The translations under genes were made by a program, and so were the position numbers. From the NCBI GenBank assembly GCA_963796275.1, contig CAWCKY010000002.1:608001-672000 (forward strand): a DNA stretch of 64,000 bases, in the 5' to 3' direction. This stretch comes from an uncultured Acidobacteriota bacterium. GTDB lineage: Bacteria > Acidobacteriota > Blastocatellia > RBC074. Shown in pieces: positions 42,221-55,296 of the stretch (position 1 is the first letter of the stretch; each line of letters begins with the position of its first letter). The notes under the pieces were generated by a model. The model ran no database searches and was not told the DNA's origin. It worked only from the letters and a program-made list of their open reading frames with translations.

Positions 42221-43591
42221 ATGCAAAAAGCCAGAGTCTTAATTGTCGATGACGAACAGGCGGCGCGCGTCGGATTGAGCGAGATATTAACGGCGTGGGG
42301 TTACCAGACTCAGACCGCCGGCGACGGTTTCGAAGCATTGGATAAATCCGACGATTTCAACCCCGCGGTGGTGATAACCGATGTGCTGATGCCTCGGCTG
42401 GATGGGTTCGGACTGCTCTCTCGCTTGCGCGATAAATCACCTGACACGGCGGTAATCCTGCTGACCGGACAGGGGAGCATCGAGGATGCCGTGCGCGCCG
42501 TGAAAGAGGAGGGGGCGTTCTATTATTTCGAAAAGCCGATCAACATCCGGCAGTTGAACGTGGTACTGGAACGCGCCATCGAACAGGCGGCGACGCGCCA
42601 CGAGAACACGCGGTTGCGCCGCCAGCTTTCCGAGTATGGCGTATTCGGGAGGCTCATCGGCGGTTCAGATGCGATGAGGCAGATATATCTGGTGATCGAG
42701 CAGGTGGCCAGTTCGGCGGTCTCCGTATTGATCACGGGAGAATCCGGTACCGGAAAAGAGATCGTCGCGCAGACTATTCACCAACTCAGCCCGCGCATGT
42801 CTCGGCCTTTCGTTCCCATCAACTGCTCGGCGATTCCCGAATCCCTGATGGAATCGGAGTTATTCGGGCATGAGCGCGGCGCCTTCACCGGCGCAATCGC
42901 GCGGCGTGATGGGTGTTTCGAGCTGGCGAATTCAGGGACGCTTTTCCTCGATGAAATAGCCGAGATGCCCGTCATGCTCCAGGCAAAACTACTTCGAGTA
43001 CTCGAAGATCGCAAGGTTCGACGTCTGGGCAGCCCCAAAGAAGTGCCGGTAGACGTCCGCGTGCTGGCCGCGACAAACAAAGACCCGCACGAAGCCGTTC
43101 GGCGAGGCGAGCTGCGCGAAGACCTGCTCTATCGTCTGAATGTCATTCATATCAAACTGCCGCCTCTGCGCGACCGGCGGGAAGACCTCCCATTGTTGAC
43201 GGAATTTATGGTAAAGGAGTTGGGCGAACGGCATCAACGACCGGGAAGTCTCGTCTCCTCAGAGGTCCTGGAAATATTCGCGCGTCACTCATGGCCGGGC
43301 AATGTTCGCGAACTGCGCAACGTCATAGAACATGCCGTCGTCGTGTGCGAAAGTCAGCGCATCGAAAAACAGCATCTTCCGCCTCAGATGTTCGATGGCC
43401 GCGATCTCAGAAACGAGGAACAGATCACGCTGCCGATTCCCATATCGCTCGACGAAGCCGAGAGGCAGTTGATCCTAAAAACCTTGATAAAAACTAACAA
43501 CAATAAAACCCGCGCAGCTGACCTGCTGGCAATCAGCCTCAAGACTCTACACAATAAATTGAAGGCATACCGTGAAGAAGATGAGGGTTGA
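42221..43591 (+). CDS. Sigma54-dependent NtrC-family response regulator
   Basis: Receiver [18 protein letters not shown], intact [19 protein letters not shown], Fis-type HTH. Confidence 0.95.
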   Translation: MQKARVLIVDDEQAARVGLSEILTAWGYQTQTAGDGFEALDKSDDFNPAVVITDVLMPRLDGFGLLSRLRDKSPDTAVILLTGQGSIEDAVRAVKEEGAFYYFEKPINIRQLNVVLERAIEQAATRHENTRLRRQLSEYGVFGRLIGGSDAMRQIYLVIEQVASSAVSVLITGESGTGKEIVAQTIHQLSPRMSRPFVPINCSAIPESLMESELFGHERGAFTGAIARRDGCFELANSGTLFLDEIAEMPVMLQAKLLRVLEDRKVRRLGSPKEVPVDVRVLAATNKDPHEAVRRGELREDLLYRLNVIHIKLPPLRDRREDLPLLTEFMVKELGERHQRPGSLVSSEVLEIFARHSWPGNVRELRNVIEHAVVVCESQRIEKQHLPPQMFDGRDLRNEEQITLPIPISLDEAERQLILKTLIKTNNNKTRAADLLAISLKTLHNKLKAYREEDEG

Positions 43592-43657
43592 TGAGACGAT
43601 GGGAAAATATCGTTTTTATGGTGTGACTAGTTGGCCTTTCCGCTCGCTTTTCCTCTT

Positions 43658-44314
43658 CTAGCCCCCGGCCTCTTCAACCGGTTCTCCCGCAAACTCCTTC
43701 AGATAAGAATTTCCCTTATATTCAAGCTCCTGCCGCAATCCGATCTTTGAAGTGTAGTAGGCATAAGCCACGCGCGATTTGAGTTCGACGAAGAATTTAT
43801 CTTCCGGCGTCTGAGGGCTGGTTTCATTCTGCGCGATATGTTCGAGCACTGCCAGGCGCTGATCCGGTTTAACGCTCATAAAAGCTTGGCCGTGCATTTC
43901 GCGAGCGAGCGTATCTATCGATTTGAGACCTGCCCGCCATTGCTGCCTGGTCTCGACTTCAAGCGTCTCAGCCAGAGACTTATCGATAAATGCGGCGACC
44001 TGGGCGGCGCGGGCTCCCGGAGAATGATCATCCGTCGGAATGATCATCTCGCTCAGTTCATCGACCATCGCAAACTCCGCGCGCGTGAAGAATCGGTGAA
44101 CCCTGCGCTGTCGCTTCCGCACATTCCGCAACGACTGCTTATTTTCCCCTCCGGGAACAGCGAGGACTGCGACCGACATCAACTTCATTATTTCGCGCCG
44201 GCTCAAATTGGAAGCTAGTTTGTCCTTTTGTTCATTCCCGCCATCATCTTCGACCTCATCTTCAATCTCATTCATTCCAATCGGCATTTCAGTATCAGCA
44301 TTCCGCGATATCAT
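43658..44314 (-). CDS. Gluconate-2-dehydrogenase subunit-3-like (gamma/hitchhiker) protein
   Basis: SRREIMK Tat-like motif, IIPTDDHSPGARAA, YYTSKIG. Start codon uncertain. Confidence 0.82.
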   Translation of the reverse strand: MISRNADTEMPIGMNEIEDEVEDDGGNEQKDKLASNLSRREIMKLMSVAVLAVPGGENKQSLRNVRKRQRRVHRFFTRAEFAMVDELSEMIIPTDDHSPGARAAQVAAFIDKSLAETLEVETRQQWRAGLKSIDTLAREMHGQAFMSVKPDQRLAVLEHIAQNETSPQTPEDKFFVELKSRVAYAYYTSKIGLRQELEYKGNSYLKEFAGEPVEEAGG

Positions 44315-46107
44315 ATATTTCCTTTCTTTAGCTCATCAGCCAGATAATCGCAGGAGCGCCAGCACAGAGCCATAATCGTCCAGGTCGGATTTTGACAGGC
44401 CGCGCTGGCGTGACTGCTGCCGTCGACGACGAAAAGGTTTTTCACATCGTGCGATTGTTGAAACTGATTGAGCACGGACATCTTCGGGTCATTTCCCATC
44501 CGGGCCGTCCCCAGCTCGTGAATCGACCATCCCTCGGTCAACATTCTTCGATTGACTTGAACTATCTCGAAACCAGCCGACTCGAACATTTCCTGTGCGG
44601 TCTCCGCCATGTCCTCGCACATACTCTTTTCATTGTCGCCGAAATTGTAATTGAAACGCAGGACCGGGATGCCCCACCGGTCTTTAACGTTCGGATCGAT
44701 CTCGACGAAGCTGTCGTAGCGCGCCAGCACCTCACCAAACCCTCCCATCGAGACAAAAGCACCTGCGTGATCGCGCACCTTCTTCTTATAACCCGCTCCG
44801 AAGCCGGGCAACCCGATCGCATCTTCGGGAAACATTGTCGTTCCGGAGCCACCCTCGAAGCCATATCCGCGAATGAACTTTGGGGCTCTCTCCGAAAGAT
44901 TGCGAAAGCGCGCGATATAAAATCCCCCGGGCCGACCGTCATCCAGCGTGCGCGGAGCACCGATCTTCTTTTTGTAAATCCCCAGCACACTTGGCCCCAT
45001 AACGTGCTCGCAGAAGTTGTGACCGACATGCCCGCTTGAATTGCCGAGCCCATTGGGATGAACCCGCGACCGCGAAAGAAGCATCAGACGCGCCGATTCA
45101 AGCGTCGACGCCGCGAGTACCACTACCTTCGCCTTCGCTTCGTAAGTCTTGCCAGTTGCCGTATCGATGAACGATACGCCGCGCGCTTTCCCCGTATTAT
45201 TGTCGACGAGGACTTCAGAAACGGTCGCGTTTGTGCGAATCGTCAGATTTCCGCCATCGAAGGCGGGATAGATCAAACCCGTGGGGGAATCGAATGCTGC
45301 ATGGATGTCGCATCCGCCGGCTCGGCGGGCGCAAGCGCCGCGCCCGAAACAGCGCATGCGGTATTTCGTATTGTGCTTCAACCCATCGGTCGTCACTCCG
45401 GCACGATATGGCGTGAGCGTTCTACCCATCCCGGACAGAGATTGCCGGAGATGGACCTCCGCCTCATTCAATCTGACCGGCCGTTGAAAAATACTGTCGG
45501 GAAGATATTCAAGATGCTCTTTCACGCCGGATATGCCCAGCAACCGATCGACCTTATCGTAATAACTCTCGATGTCTTTGTATCCAATCGGCCAATCGAC
45601 TCCATAACCGTCTCTCGTCGCCGCTTTGAAATCATAATCCGAAAGCCGCAGGGCCAGTCTTCCCCAGATGTTTGTCTTTCCGCCCAGACAGCGCGCGCGC
45701 ACCCAGGCGTAATTCGACCCGGTATAAGGATTATCCTTCTCATCGACCACGATTTTTTTGCTGTAATCGCTCCCGCCCCAGCTCTGGACGTAAGAATAGA
45801 CGTGATTCGCTTTCACGCCCTGAGCGTAAGGCGGTTGGCGAATCGTGTACTCATTGAGGGTGAGCGCAACCGAGTCAGGCGGCATCGTTCCCCGGCGCTG
45901 ATGTTCGTACGGCCATTCGGTGGATTTCAGCTCCTTCGTCGTATCGATCTGTTTGCCCGCTTCAAGCAGCAGTACCTTCAGGCCATGCGACGACAATACG
46001 TATGCCGCCATCCCACCGGCAGCCCCTGAACCGACGACGACGGCGTCATAGACTTTCTTCAAATTGACAGGTTTGAGCTCCTGCAGATTGACTGTCATCA
46101 GACTCAT
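44311..46107 (-). CDS. GMC-family flavoprotein oxidoreductase
   Basis: GSGAAGG, GGKTNIWG, Cys cluster CFGRGAC..GC, HELGTARMG, NPTWTIMAL. Confidence 0.92.
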   Translation of the reverse strand: MSLMTVNLQELKPVNLKKVYDAVVVGSGAAGGMAAYVLSSHGLKVLLLEAGKQIDTTKELKSTEWPYEHQRRGTMPPDSVALTLNEYTIRQPPYAQGVKANHVYSYVQSWGGSDYSKKIVVDEKDNPYTGSNYAWVRARCLGGKTNIWGRLALRLSDYDFKAATRDGYGVDWPIGYKDIESYYDKVDRLLGISGVKEHLEYLPDSIFQRPVRLNEAEVHLRQSLSGMGRTLTPYRAGVTTDGLKHNTKYRMRCFGRGACARRAGGCDIHAAFDSPTGLIYPAFDGGNLTIRTNATVSEVLVDNNTGKARGVSFIDTATGKTYEAKAKVVVLAASTLESARLMLLSRSRVHPNGLGNSSGHVGHNFCEHVMGPSVLGIYKKKIGAPRTLDDGRPGGFYIARFRNLSERAPKFIRGYGFEGGSGTTMFPEDAIGLPGFGAGYKKKVRDHAGAFVSMGGFGEVLARYDSFVEIDPNVKDRWGIPVLRFNYNFGDNEKSMCEDMAETAQEMFESAGFEIVQVNRRMLTEGWSIHELGTARMGNDPKMSVLNQFQQSHDVKNLFVVDGSSHASAACQNPTWTIMALCWRSCDYLADELKKGNI

Positions 46108-46328
46108 TTTCGCCAAATCCTTTCAGTCCGGATACCGTCGTTGATCTTTTAGTAAATCGTAATTTGGGCCGCAGCCTATCATCTACATCAATCGATTTCA
46201 ATCGGAATGGGTTGGAGGGTGGAAATTGAAGGTTAATGATCGTGGAGGTTTAGGTTCAGATGTAAATTCCTGGGATTAATAATTAGTATGGTGGGAGCTA
46301 ATGCATCGGACCAACCGATTTAGCCTTC

Positions 46329-47099
46329 TTATTCATTTTTAATAAGAAGCGAAATTGCCATTGCGAGACCGATCACGACCACGGTTCGCCGGACAAATTT
46401 TTGTCCGAGCCTACGGGCCAATCCGGCAGCCCCATATCCGCCGATAATTGCTCCGGCAGACATAAGCAAAGCAGCGGGCCAACTTACCAGGCCAAAGATG
46501 ATGAAATAGATGGAAGCCACCGCATTTACGGATGAGCCGAATATGTTCTTCAACCCATTCATCTGATGGATATTGCTCAGTCCCATGAATCCCAGCGCCG
46601 CTAACACCAGGATGCCCATACCGGCGCCGAAGTATCCGCCATAGACCGCGATAAAAAATTGATAGAACGCGGTGCCGATCAACCACATTTTGGTGGCTGG
46701 AGCCTGCGTAGCATCTTTGATTCGCAATAATCGCTGTATGGGTTCTTGAACCAGGAACAGAATGGTGGCGAAGAGGATCAAAAACGGCGCCAAATCGGCA
46801 AATACGGATGGAGGCGTGCGTTTGAGCAGAGCTGCTCCGAGAACGCCCCCGAGGAGGCCCGGAATAAGCAAAACAAAAAAGCGTCGCGGCGTGGTTCCGA
46901 GCTCGCTTCGATAGCCCCACATGCTGCTCCATGTTCCCGGTACTAGTGCGACTGTGCTCGTCGCATTAGCGATGATAGGCGAGTGCCCTGCCCAGATGAG
47001 CGATGGAAAGGTGAGCAAGGTCCCACCGCCTGCTACAGAATTGATCATTCCAGCCGCCATTGCCGAGCCAAAGAGCAATGAGTATTGAATAAATGTCAT
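46329..47099 (-). CDS. TSUP (TauE/SafE) family transporter
   Basis: [29 protein letters not shown]; about 8 TM helices. Confidence 0.9.
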   Translation of the reverse strand: MTFIQYSLLFGSAMAAGMINSVAGGGTLLTFPSLIWAGHSPIIANATSTVALVPGTWSSMWGYRSELGTTPRRFFVLLIPGLLGGVLGAALLKRTPPSVFADLAPFLILFATILFLVQEPIQRLLRIKDATQAPATKMWLIGTAFYQFFIAVYGGYFGAGMGILVLAALGFMGLSNIHQMNGLKNIFGSSVNAVASIYFIIFGLVSWPAALLMSAGAIIGGYGAAGLARRLGQKFVRRTVVVIGLAMAISLLIKNE

Positions 47100-47247
47100 G
47101 GAACAAATTGTGTGCAGGGGCTGGATATTATGAACCGGTGCGCCGAGCTGTTATTCGTTGAGAAGGGTAGGACGTTTGGAAACCATTCCTACCCTCAATA
47201 ATTCGCCCTCAACTTATTGCCTTAGTGCCTCGTCTTTTTAAGCGCGG

Positions 47248-47568
47248 TTACTTGGCAGGCCACCCGGTGCGCGTCGAGTAGTCGCTCATGGTAAAGGCCA
47301 GCATAATGATCAGCCAAAAGACCCCTGAAACGACTATGACCTGAGTGAGTCGCGAACTCCAGCGCACGTGCATAAAAATAAGGACTACCGCCGTCGCCTT
47401 GATAACGGCGATCGTCAGCGCCACGATGGCATTGAGCGGCCCCCACGTCTTCTCGAGGTTAAATGTGGCGACATAGACCGTAAGGCCCGTCAGCACCATC
47501 AGCAAGATAAAAACCGCAAAATAATACTTAATCGGTACAATATGATGTTCGGAAGAATGATCTGCCAT
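47248..47568 (-). CDS. ctaF: caa3-type cytochrome c oxidase subunit IV
   Basis: [25 protein letters not shown]; three TM helices; last gene of the operon. Confidence 0.85.
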   Translation of the reverse strand: MADHSSEHHIVPIKYYFAVFILLMVLTGLTVYVATFNLEKTWGPLNAIVALTIAVIKATAVVLIFMHVRWSSRLTQVIVVSGVFWLIIMLAFTMSDYSTRTGWPAK

Positions 47569-47588
47569 AACTTTCAAGCCTCGTCTTG

Positions 47589-48299
47589 TCAGTGCCCGCT
47601 CGTGATATGGAATCCGGTCAGATAGAGCAGCGGGAAGAGGAATATCCAAACGATGTCGACGAAGTGCCAATAGAGCCCGCTGATCTCAATCGGCGAATTA
47701 TAATCTTTAGTGAACTTTCCTCTCATCGTCATCAGAATCAATGTGATCAGAATACCGATTCCGACGATCATGTGGACCGCGTGCAATCCCGTCATCATGA
47801 AATAGATCCACAAGAAGACCTGCACTGGCTGTTTTAATTCCAGTGGCACGCTATGACCGGTCGACCCGATTGTAGGGTTGTATAACGCCGCTGCCGGAAA
47901 GAGGTGATCTTCGATCTTCGATTTGTATTCGAAATATTTGATGACCAAAAAGACGATCCCCAGCAGCAGGGTTACCGTCAGGAATAGCAGCACCCTCTTC
48001 TTGTTCCCCAGCTGCGAGTAGTAGACTCCCATCGCCATCGTCAGACTGCTGAGAATCAGCACAACCGTGTTCGTGCCTCCCAGAGGCACATTTAGTAAAT
48101 GGCTGCCGTATGAGAAACCAGCCGGATAGGTTGTCCGATAGATCGTATAAGCCAGGAACAGCCCGCCGAAGAACATGATTTCAGTGAGGAGGAAGAGCCA
48201 CATCCCGATCGTTCCGGCTTCTTTCTGCTGCTCCATCGAAACGAAGTGATGAGCCAATCCTGGCACGTGCGCTGTGTGTGCTGTCTGAGTTTCCGCCAA
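47589..48299 (-). CDS. ctaE: Cytochrome c oxidase subunit III
   Basis: [41 protein letters not shown]; TTG start after AGGAG. Confidence 0.93.
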   Translation of the reverse strand: MAETQTAHTAHVPGLAHHFVSMEQQKEAGTIGMWLFLLTEIMFFGGLFLAYTIYRTTYPAGFSYGSHLLNVPLGGTNTVVLILSSLTMAMGVYYSQLGNKKRVLLFLTVTLLLGIVFLVIKYFEYKSKIEDHLFPAAALYNPTIGSTGHSVPLELKQPVQVFLWIYFMMTGLHAVHMIVGIGILITLILMTMRGKFTKDYNSPIEISGLYWHFVDIVWIFLFPLLYLTGFHITSGH

Positions 48300-48318
48300 A
48301 ATAAGTTCTCCTAAATGG

Positions 48319-48384
48319 TTTTCAGTTTTAGTTTTCAGCAGGCGCCCCTGACCAACAACTGAAAACTGGAAACTGGAAACTGAA
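48319..48384. repeat. CAGTTTT/AAAACTG heptamer inverted arrays between oxidase subunits I and III
   Basis: GTTTTCAGTTTTAGTTTTCAG ... CTGAAAACTGGAAACTGGAAACTGAA. Confidence 0.85.
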
Positions 48385-48385
48385 T

Positions 48386-50045
<1,660 letters not shown>

Positions 50046-50179
50046 AATAGTTACCTTATTAAATTAGATGCCCGCGCTGGTGACGGGACACATTCTTTGA
50101 GCCATATCCCATCCCAAAAGCGAAAGCGAGGTTGATGACAATGAAATTTTGCCTCAGTTGCCTCCTCGCCATTTTTGTT

Positions 50180-52213
50180 TCACTCTGCATATCTCTCTAT
50201 TTTGCTGGTCCGGCTGCCGGGGCAGGGGTCGCCGGCTGCCCCGCTGCCGCTCCGCCCGCGGCGCTCGCCCTGCTTCGGGCCGATCGATTTGATATAGGCG
50301 ATTAGCTGCAAAACCTGCTCTTCGCTAACCTGCCCTTGAAACGTCGGCATAATTGCCTGATATCCATCGACTATCTTCGCGGTCGGATTGAGAATCGACT
50401 CTCTGATATAGTCATCGTTTACGGTTACGGTCGTTCCATTATTGAGCTTCACCTGTGTGCCGTAGACTTCGACCAGTTTGGGACCGCGCCCGCCGCTCTC
50501 TTCTCGGTGGCAGGTATTGCACGAGAGACTCGCAAATAAATTCTGGCCCGCTGCGACCGGTGATGTCTCTTTTGTTCCCCCGCCCAGCCAAGCCTGATAA
50601 TCAGCAGGTTCCATTACTGTTATCTTCCCGATCATTCCGGAATGCTGCGTTCCGCAATATTCAGCGCAGAACAGATGATAGGTCCCGACCTTCGTCGGCT
50701 GGAACCAGCTCATCTGGATGCGTCCGGGTATCACGTCGGCCTTCGTGCGGAATGCCGGGATGTAATAGGAATGGATCACATCCTCGCTCGTCATCGTGAG
50801 CTTGATACGCCGCCCCACCGGTATGTGAAGTTCGTTGATTTCGCGCATCCCATCGGGATGTTGAGCGCGCCACATCCATTGTTTTCCGGTGATGAATATC
50901 TCCAGCGCCTCTGCCGGCGGGGTATACATCTGGTAAAAGAGTTTTGCCCCCCAGACAAAGATAAACATCGAAATGATGAATGGGATGACCGTCCACGCGA
51001 TCTCGAGCTTGAGGGCCCCCTCGATCGCTTCCGGTATTTCCGACTCGCTGCGACGGCGATATTTGATGGCGAAGTAAACAATTGCAAATGCGATTGCGAT
51101 TGAAAAGGCAGCCGTCAATGCGATCAGGAAGAAATAGAGCAGATCGATCTCCAGCGCGAAGTTCGAAGCCTGCTCCGGCATGAATGGCAGGTTAAACAAT
51201 AAGCACGGTAAGAGGCTCATGTGAGTATATCCAATTTTTGAATCGGGTTTGCCAACCTCAGGCATCTGTCTCGCCCACTCGGCCTCCTTCTGTTTCGTCT
51301 TGTGCCTTAGGAAAAGGAAGAGCGCAATAAGCGTGACTATAGTTAGGAGACCGAATATCCGCAGCAGCCGCATCAAGACCAGACTATAAGTGCCTCGCAT
51401 AGGATCGTATTGGTAACAATAGAGGATGATCTGTTCGGCGAGCGACCCGATCTTGCCATCCGAAGCGTCCATCACTCCGAATCGCAGATCGCGCGGCGCA
51501 TACTCTATCCCATAGAAATAACGGGAAACTTTACCACCGGGCGTCAGCACCATTATGCCGCTGGCGTGAGCATATTGCTTCGTGACAGGGTCCCACAGAT
51601 AGCGGAACCCGACGGCCTTGGTCAACGCTTGAATCGCGGGTTCCTCGCCCGTCAGGAAATGCCAGCCCGCTTCGACCCCCGGTCGCTGAAGACGTTCGAG
51701 ATACTCTCTCTTCTTCGCCGCAGCCAGCTCGGGCTTTTCGCGCGGATCGAAACTCACGGTCACCGCAGTGAACTCTTTCCCCGGCGTCATAGGCAAGGTT
51801 TTCAAGGTCCCGAGCAGCCCCGACAATACCTGGGTGCAGAGCTGTGGGCAATCGTAATAGACGAGCGACAGGACGACCGGCCTGTCCTTGAAGTATTCGG
51901 CGAGTTTTACGGTACGACCCGTCTCATCCTTGAACTCAAGATCGAGCGGAACCTGGTTATTTAAAAGCTGGTCGATTCCCACATCCTTCAGGACGGGCGG
52001 TTTCATACTAACCGGCTGTGCGCTGGCGGAAGAGAGAAGACACGCAATCAGGAGACAAATAGACAAGGAGACGAGAAGACAGAATTTCACTCTCGCGATA
52101 AAATTAAACTTCCGATATCCGATTTTGAATTTATCATCTACCAAATTCAGCGTCCTTGCGTCTTCGTCCCCTCGCCCCCTCTTCTCCATCTTGTCTTCTT
52201 CCTTTAAAGTCAT
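50180..52213 (-). CDS. ctaC: SCO1/SenC domain fused in frame to cytochrome c oxidase subunit II with C-terminal cytochrome c
   Basis: SCO CPQLC and YAHASG; then CoxII LEIAW, KQWMW, DVIHS, CuA motif [12 protein letters not shown], heme CNTCH and MPTF. ATG overlaps the actG TGA. True stop may be 50197 if there is an indel near 50270. Confidence 0.85.
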   Translation of the reverse strand: MTLKEEDKMEKRGRGDEDARTLNLVDDKFKIGYRKFNFIARVKFCLLVSLSICLLIACLLSSASAQPVSMKPPVLKDVGIDQLLNNQVPLDLEFKDETGRTVKLAEYFKDRPVVLSLVYYDCPQLCTQVLSGLLGTLKTLPMTPGKEFTAVTVSFDPREKPELAAAKKREYLERLQRPGVEAGWHFLTGEEPAIQALTKAVGFRYLWDPVTKQYAHASGIMVLTPGGKVSRYFYGIEYAPRDLRFGVMDASDGKIGSLAEQIILYCYQYDPMRGTYSLVLMRLLRIFGLLTIVTLIALFLFLRHKTKQKEAEWARQMPEVGKPDSKIGYTHMSLLPCLLFNLPFMPEQASNFALEIDLLYFFLIALTAAFSIAIAFAIVYFAIKYRRRSESEIPEAIEGALKLEIAWTVIPFIISMFIFVWGAKLFYQMYTPPAEALEIFITGKQWMWRAQHPDGMREINELHIPVGRRIKLTMTSEDVIHSYYIPAFRTKADVIPGRIQMSWFQPTKVGTYHLFCAEYCGTQHSGMIGKITVMEPADYQAWLGGGTKETSPVAAGQNLFASLSCNTCHREESGGRGPKLVEVYGTQVKLNNGTTVTVNDDYIRESILNPTAKIVDGYQAIMPTFQGQVSEEQVLQLIAYIKSIGPKQGERRGRSGSGAAGDPCPGSRTSKIERYAE

Positions 52214-52725
52214 TGTCCTCCGATTATCCTTCCTGCGCTTGGCCCAGCCTCAAGGATCCGCTTTCTCGCTGTTTCAGCCTTCTGAACCTCTTCGATCAAG
52301 TTGTCCGATGCCATCGGCAGGCCGCGCTCTACCATCAAGGTCTTCGCGCGATCTAACGGGATGTGCACAATGCCGGTATCCTTGCTGATCCAGCCGTAGC
52401 TCTGCGCTTGCTGATCGATCTTCGCGCGATACTCTTTCATATCCTCCAAAGGCAGAAGCGATGGTTTATTATTCGGGCCATCGGGAGCACCCTGCAACCG
52501 CGGTTCCGGTGGCAGCTTCCGCTCTCTACCCTCGGGCAATGCCGTGACCGGTTGCGGCTCGGTATATTGCTCCATCCTTTTAAAGCCGTAGAGCATCCCC
52601 TGGATAATGAGGAAAACAAGAATTGTAGAGACAGTCAGAATGACCAGAAACCAGATGACCGGCTTCGGCTTGATTCCACTGCTTTCGGGTTGCAGGTTGT
52701 TTTGATCGTTATGCTCAGTATTCAT
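52210..52725 (-). CDS. actG: Alternative complex III subunit ActG-like protein
   Basis: Single [23 protein letters not shown]; position after actF. Confidence 0.7.
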   Translation of the reverse strand: MNTEHNDQNNLQPESSGIKPKPVIWFLVILTVSTILVFLIIQGMLYGFKRMEQYTEPQPVTALPEGRERKLPPEPRLQGAPDGPNNKPSLLPLEDMKEYRAKIDQQAQSYGWISKDTGIVHIPLDRAKTLMVERGLPMASDNLIEEVQKAETARKRILEAGPSAGRIIGGQ

Positions 52726-52746
52726 CTCTCAAATCTCAAATCATTC

Positions 52747-53940
52747 TCAATGATGCCCGCGTGCAGCGAGCGCCTCATCAAGTTGCGGATCGTTGACCGG
52801 CAATAATGCACGTTGCCGTAATTGCCAGAAGAACCATCCCACCCAGATACCGCCCATTCCAACGGTCGCGGCCAGATAGATCGAGTAGCCCATAATCGAA
52901 ACGCTATGCCCGTGCTCGAATTCCGGCACGATCATCCACAATAGATCGGCGAAACGCATCACTATGATAAGCCAGGCGACCATCACCAGCCTGCGCGAAT
53001 TACGCTTCAGATCGCGCGAGAGAAGGAGGAAGAACGGCAAAAAGAAATAGAGCAGTATCAGCCCGATACCGATATATCGCCAATTGCCCTGGAAGCGCTC
53101 CAGATACCAGGGAATCTCTTCCGGCAGGTTGCCCGACCATATAATCAACAACTGCGAGAATGAGAAATATGCCCAGACCATAACCAGCGTCAGCAGCAAT
53201 TTCCCCAGATCATGAAAATGCTTCGGCTGTAAAACGTGCGACATCGGTTCCCACCGGGCCAGAACCACACAAACCGAGATGATAAACGCCATTGCCGAGA
53301 CGCCCTGCCCCGCAATCATGATCAACCCGAACATAGTCGAGAACCATTCGGGATCGAGCGACATAATCCAATCGACGCCGGCAAAAGTGCAGGCCAGCCC
53401 ATAGAATACAAACCCCGGTCCACTGAGGTTTTGCGCATATTGAACGAAGGCCGGATCCCCGGTCTCATCCTGCCGGCGCGACCACCTCTTCAGGTAGTAG
53501 AACATCGTGAGCCAGACGATGAAATATATGACAGTGCGTACAACGAAGAATCCCGCATTCAGATAGGAGCTCTTATGCGTGAGCACCTCGCTCCCCTTCA
53601 CGGCTTCCGCATCCGCCCACTCATATATTTCATGCAATCCCACAGCTATCGGCACAAAAAGTACCAGCATCAGGAAAAGAGTGTGCGAGCCCGATTCGAG
53701 CTGACGCCGAATGACGATTCCCCATGTCGCCCCACCGAGGTATTGGATCAACAGCCACCCCAGGCATCCCAGCGCGATCCCGCTCCAGAAGATATAGGCG
53801 ACCAGGTATGTGCGAAAGAACAACTCTCCCCGGTTGCCGGAGACGCTTATGCATGCGATCCATATGAGCAGCGCGATCAGACCGACGCCGATCGCGATAC
53901 CCTGATAACGTTTGAGATCAGCTGGAGGATTGTAATTCAT
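52747..53940 (-). CDS. actF: Alternative complex III subunit ActF
   Basis: About 10 TM helices; [35 protein letters not shown]. Confidence 0.88.
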   Translation of the reverse strand: MNYNPPADLKRYQGIAIGVGLIALLIWIACISVSGNRGELFFRTYLVAYIFWSGIALGCLGWLLIQYLGGATWGIVIRRQLESGSHTLFLMLVLFVPIAVGLHEIYEWADAEAVKGSEVLTHKSSYLNAGFFVVRTVIYFIVWLTMFYYLKRWSRRQDETGDPAFVQYAQNLSGPGFVFYGLACTFAGVDWIMSLDPEWFSTMFGLIMIAGQGVSAMAFIISVCVVLARWEPMSHVLQPKHFHDLGKLLLTLVMVWAYFSFSQLLIIWSGNLPEEIPWYLERFQGNWRYIGIGLILLYFFLPFFLLLSRDLKRNSRRLVMVAWLIIVMRFADLLWMIVPEFEHGHSVSIMGYSIYLAATVGMGGIWVGWFFWQLRQRALLPVNDPQLDEALAARGHH

Positions 53941-54650
53941 TGGTTACCGTGCCCTTCTGGCGATTTTCCCACTGGATTTTGCCCGGCCTCTGCTAACTTC
54001 TTCTTTTCATCCTCATTCAAACCACTGTAATTTTCGTTTTGGCTCAATTGCAGGACGCGGATCCAGGCAATCACCTTCCAACGATCCTCCGGAGTCAATT
54101 GATCCGCATAATTGGACATAGCGCCGAACCCGTTGGTTATCACATCGTAATAATAGCTCGATGGAGCCTTTCGCAATCGCTCCTCATGATACGAGGGTGG
54201 ATGCCTGAAGCCTCGCAGCACTATCATCCCATTGCCGTCGCCGAGCTTTCCGTGGCAGGGCGAACAGGAGATATTGAAACGGTTCTCGCCACGATCGAGT
54301 ATCTCTTTCGTGACCTTGAAGGGGAACCCATCTTCGCCCGCTGGAATCGACTGCGCGACCGTTGAGGCCGTCCCCGGCGGCTGCGTTCCCGTTGCCGTGC
54401 CCGGAGCCGCCGCCGTTTGTGACTGGGTGACTGTCACCTTCGGCGCCGAAGGGTTAAGGTTGAGGGAGCCGCGTGCAACCGTGCCTTCCGGCAATGCGCG
54501 TATCGAGCCTTCCCGGTAGGGCTTGAACTTCGGGTTATCGTGCATGTCCTGACGGCAACCAGAAAGCAGGAAGGCGCAAAGTAAAAGACAGATCACGAGT
54601 GATTGCCCCTCCTTTATATGTTTCCTGCCCATAAGCATAAGACTTTTCAT
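53937..54650 (-). CDS. actE: Alternative complex III subunit ActE (monoheme cytochrome c lipoprotein)
   Basis: Lipobox [27 protein letters not shown]. Confidence 0.9.
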   Translation of the reverse strand: MKSLMLMGRKHIKEGQSLVICLLLCAFLLSGCRQDMHDNPKFKPYREGSIRALPEGTVARGSLNLNPSAPKVTVTQSQTAAAPGTATGTQPPGTASTVAQSIPAGEDGFPFKVTKEILDRGENRFNISCSPCHGKLGDGNGMIVLRGFRHPPSYHEERLRKAPSSYYYDVITNGFGAMSNYADQLTPEDRWKVIAWIRVLQLSQNENYSGLNEDEKKKLAEAGQNPVGKSPEGHGNQ

Positions 54651-54664
54651 ATTTTGCCTTTTTA

Positions 54665-55210
54665 TTATTCATCTACATCACTCACCGATTTCGCGCCCAG
54701 GCCCTTGAGAAACGCGCGAGTGTCTGCAGCCCTGAACTTCGGATCGTCCGCCTTGACGCAGAGAAAGAAGCGGTCCTGCGATGCGCGGCTGAAAGCCGGC
54801 ACATTGAAGACCGGATGATAAGGCTGCGGTAACCGATTCATAATTACCATTCCGATGAAAGCGGCGATGGCTGCGAGGAGCACCGTACATTCGAAAGTGA
54901 TGGGAATGAATGACGGCATGCTTACCAGCGGGCGCCCGCCGATATTGAGCGGATACGCTATCGCCGAGGTCCAGACCTGCAATGCAAACCCGCCCAGTCC
55001 CCCCACTACCCCGAAGACCAGAACTGCCAGCGGAACATAGTTGCGGCGATATCCGATCGCCTCCGACAACTCGTCAATCGGATAGGGTGAGTACGCATTG
55101 ATACGACGATAACCCGCATCATAGGTTTTCCGCGCCGCGGCAACGACCGCATTCGGATCGTCGAATTCCGCTATTACTCCGTAAATGCCTGGCTCTTGAT
55201 GTGTCGTCAT
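54665..55210 (-). CDS. actD: Alternative complex III subunit ActD (DUF3341)
   Basis: [34 protein letters not shown]. Confidence 0.9.
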   Translation of the reverse strand: MTTHQEPGIYGVIAEFDDPNAVVAAARKTYDAGYRRINAYSPYPIDELSEAIGYRRNYVPLAVLVFGVVGGLGGFALQVWTSAIAYPLNIGGRPLVSMPSFIPITFECTVLLAAIAAFIGMVIMNRLPQPYHPVFNVPAFSRASQDRFFLCVKADDPKFRAADTRAFLKGLGAKSVSDVDE

Positions 55211-55296
55211 AATCGCTAAGTGATATTTGCTAATCGATAATTGATGGGGAAAGTATGGCTTTCTCCAATGATCAATTTTCAATTACCAATTGTTCT

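Noticed and set aside
45058-46029. 323-aa plus-strand ORF
   Set aside because: Antisense shadow of the GMC oxidoreductase; Arg-rich composition typical of GC-rich off-frames.
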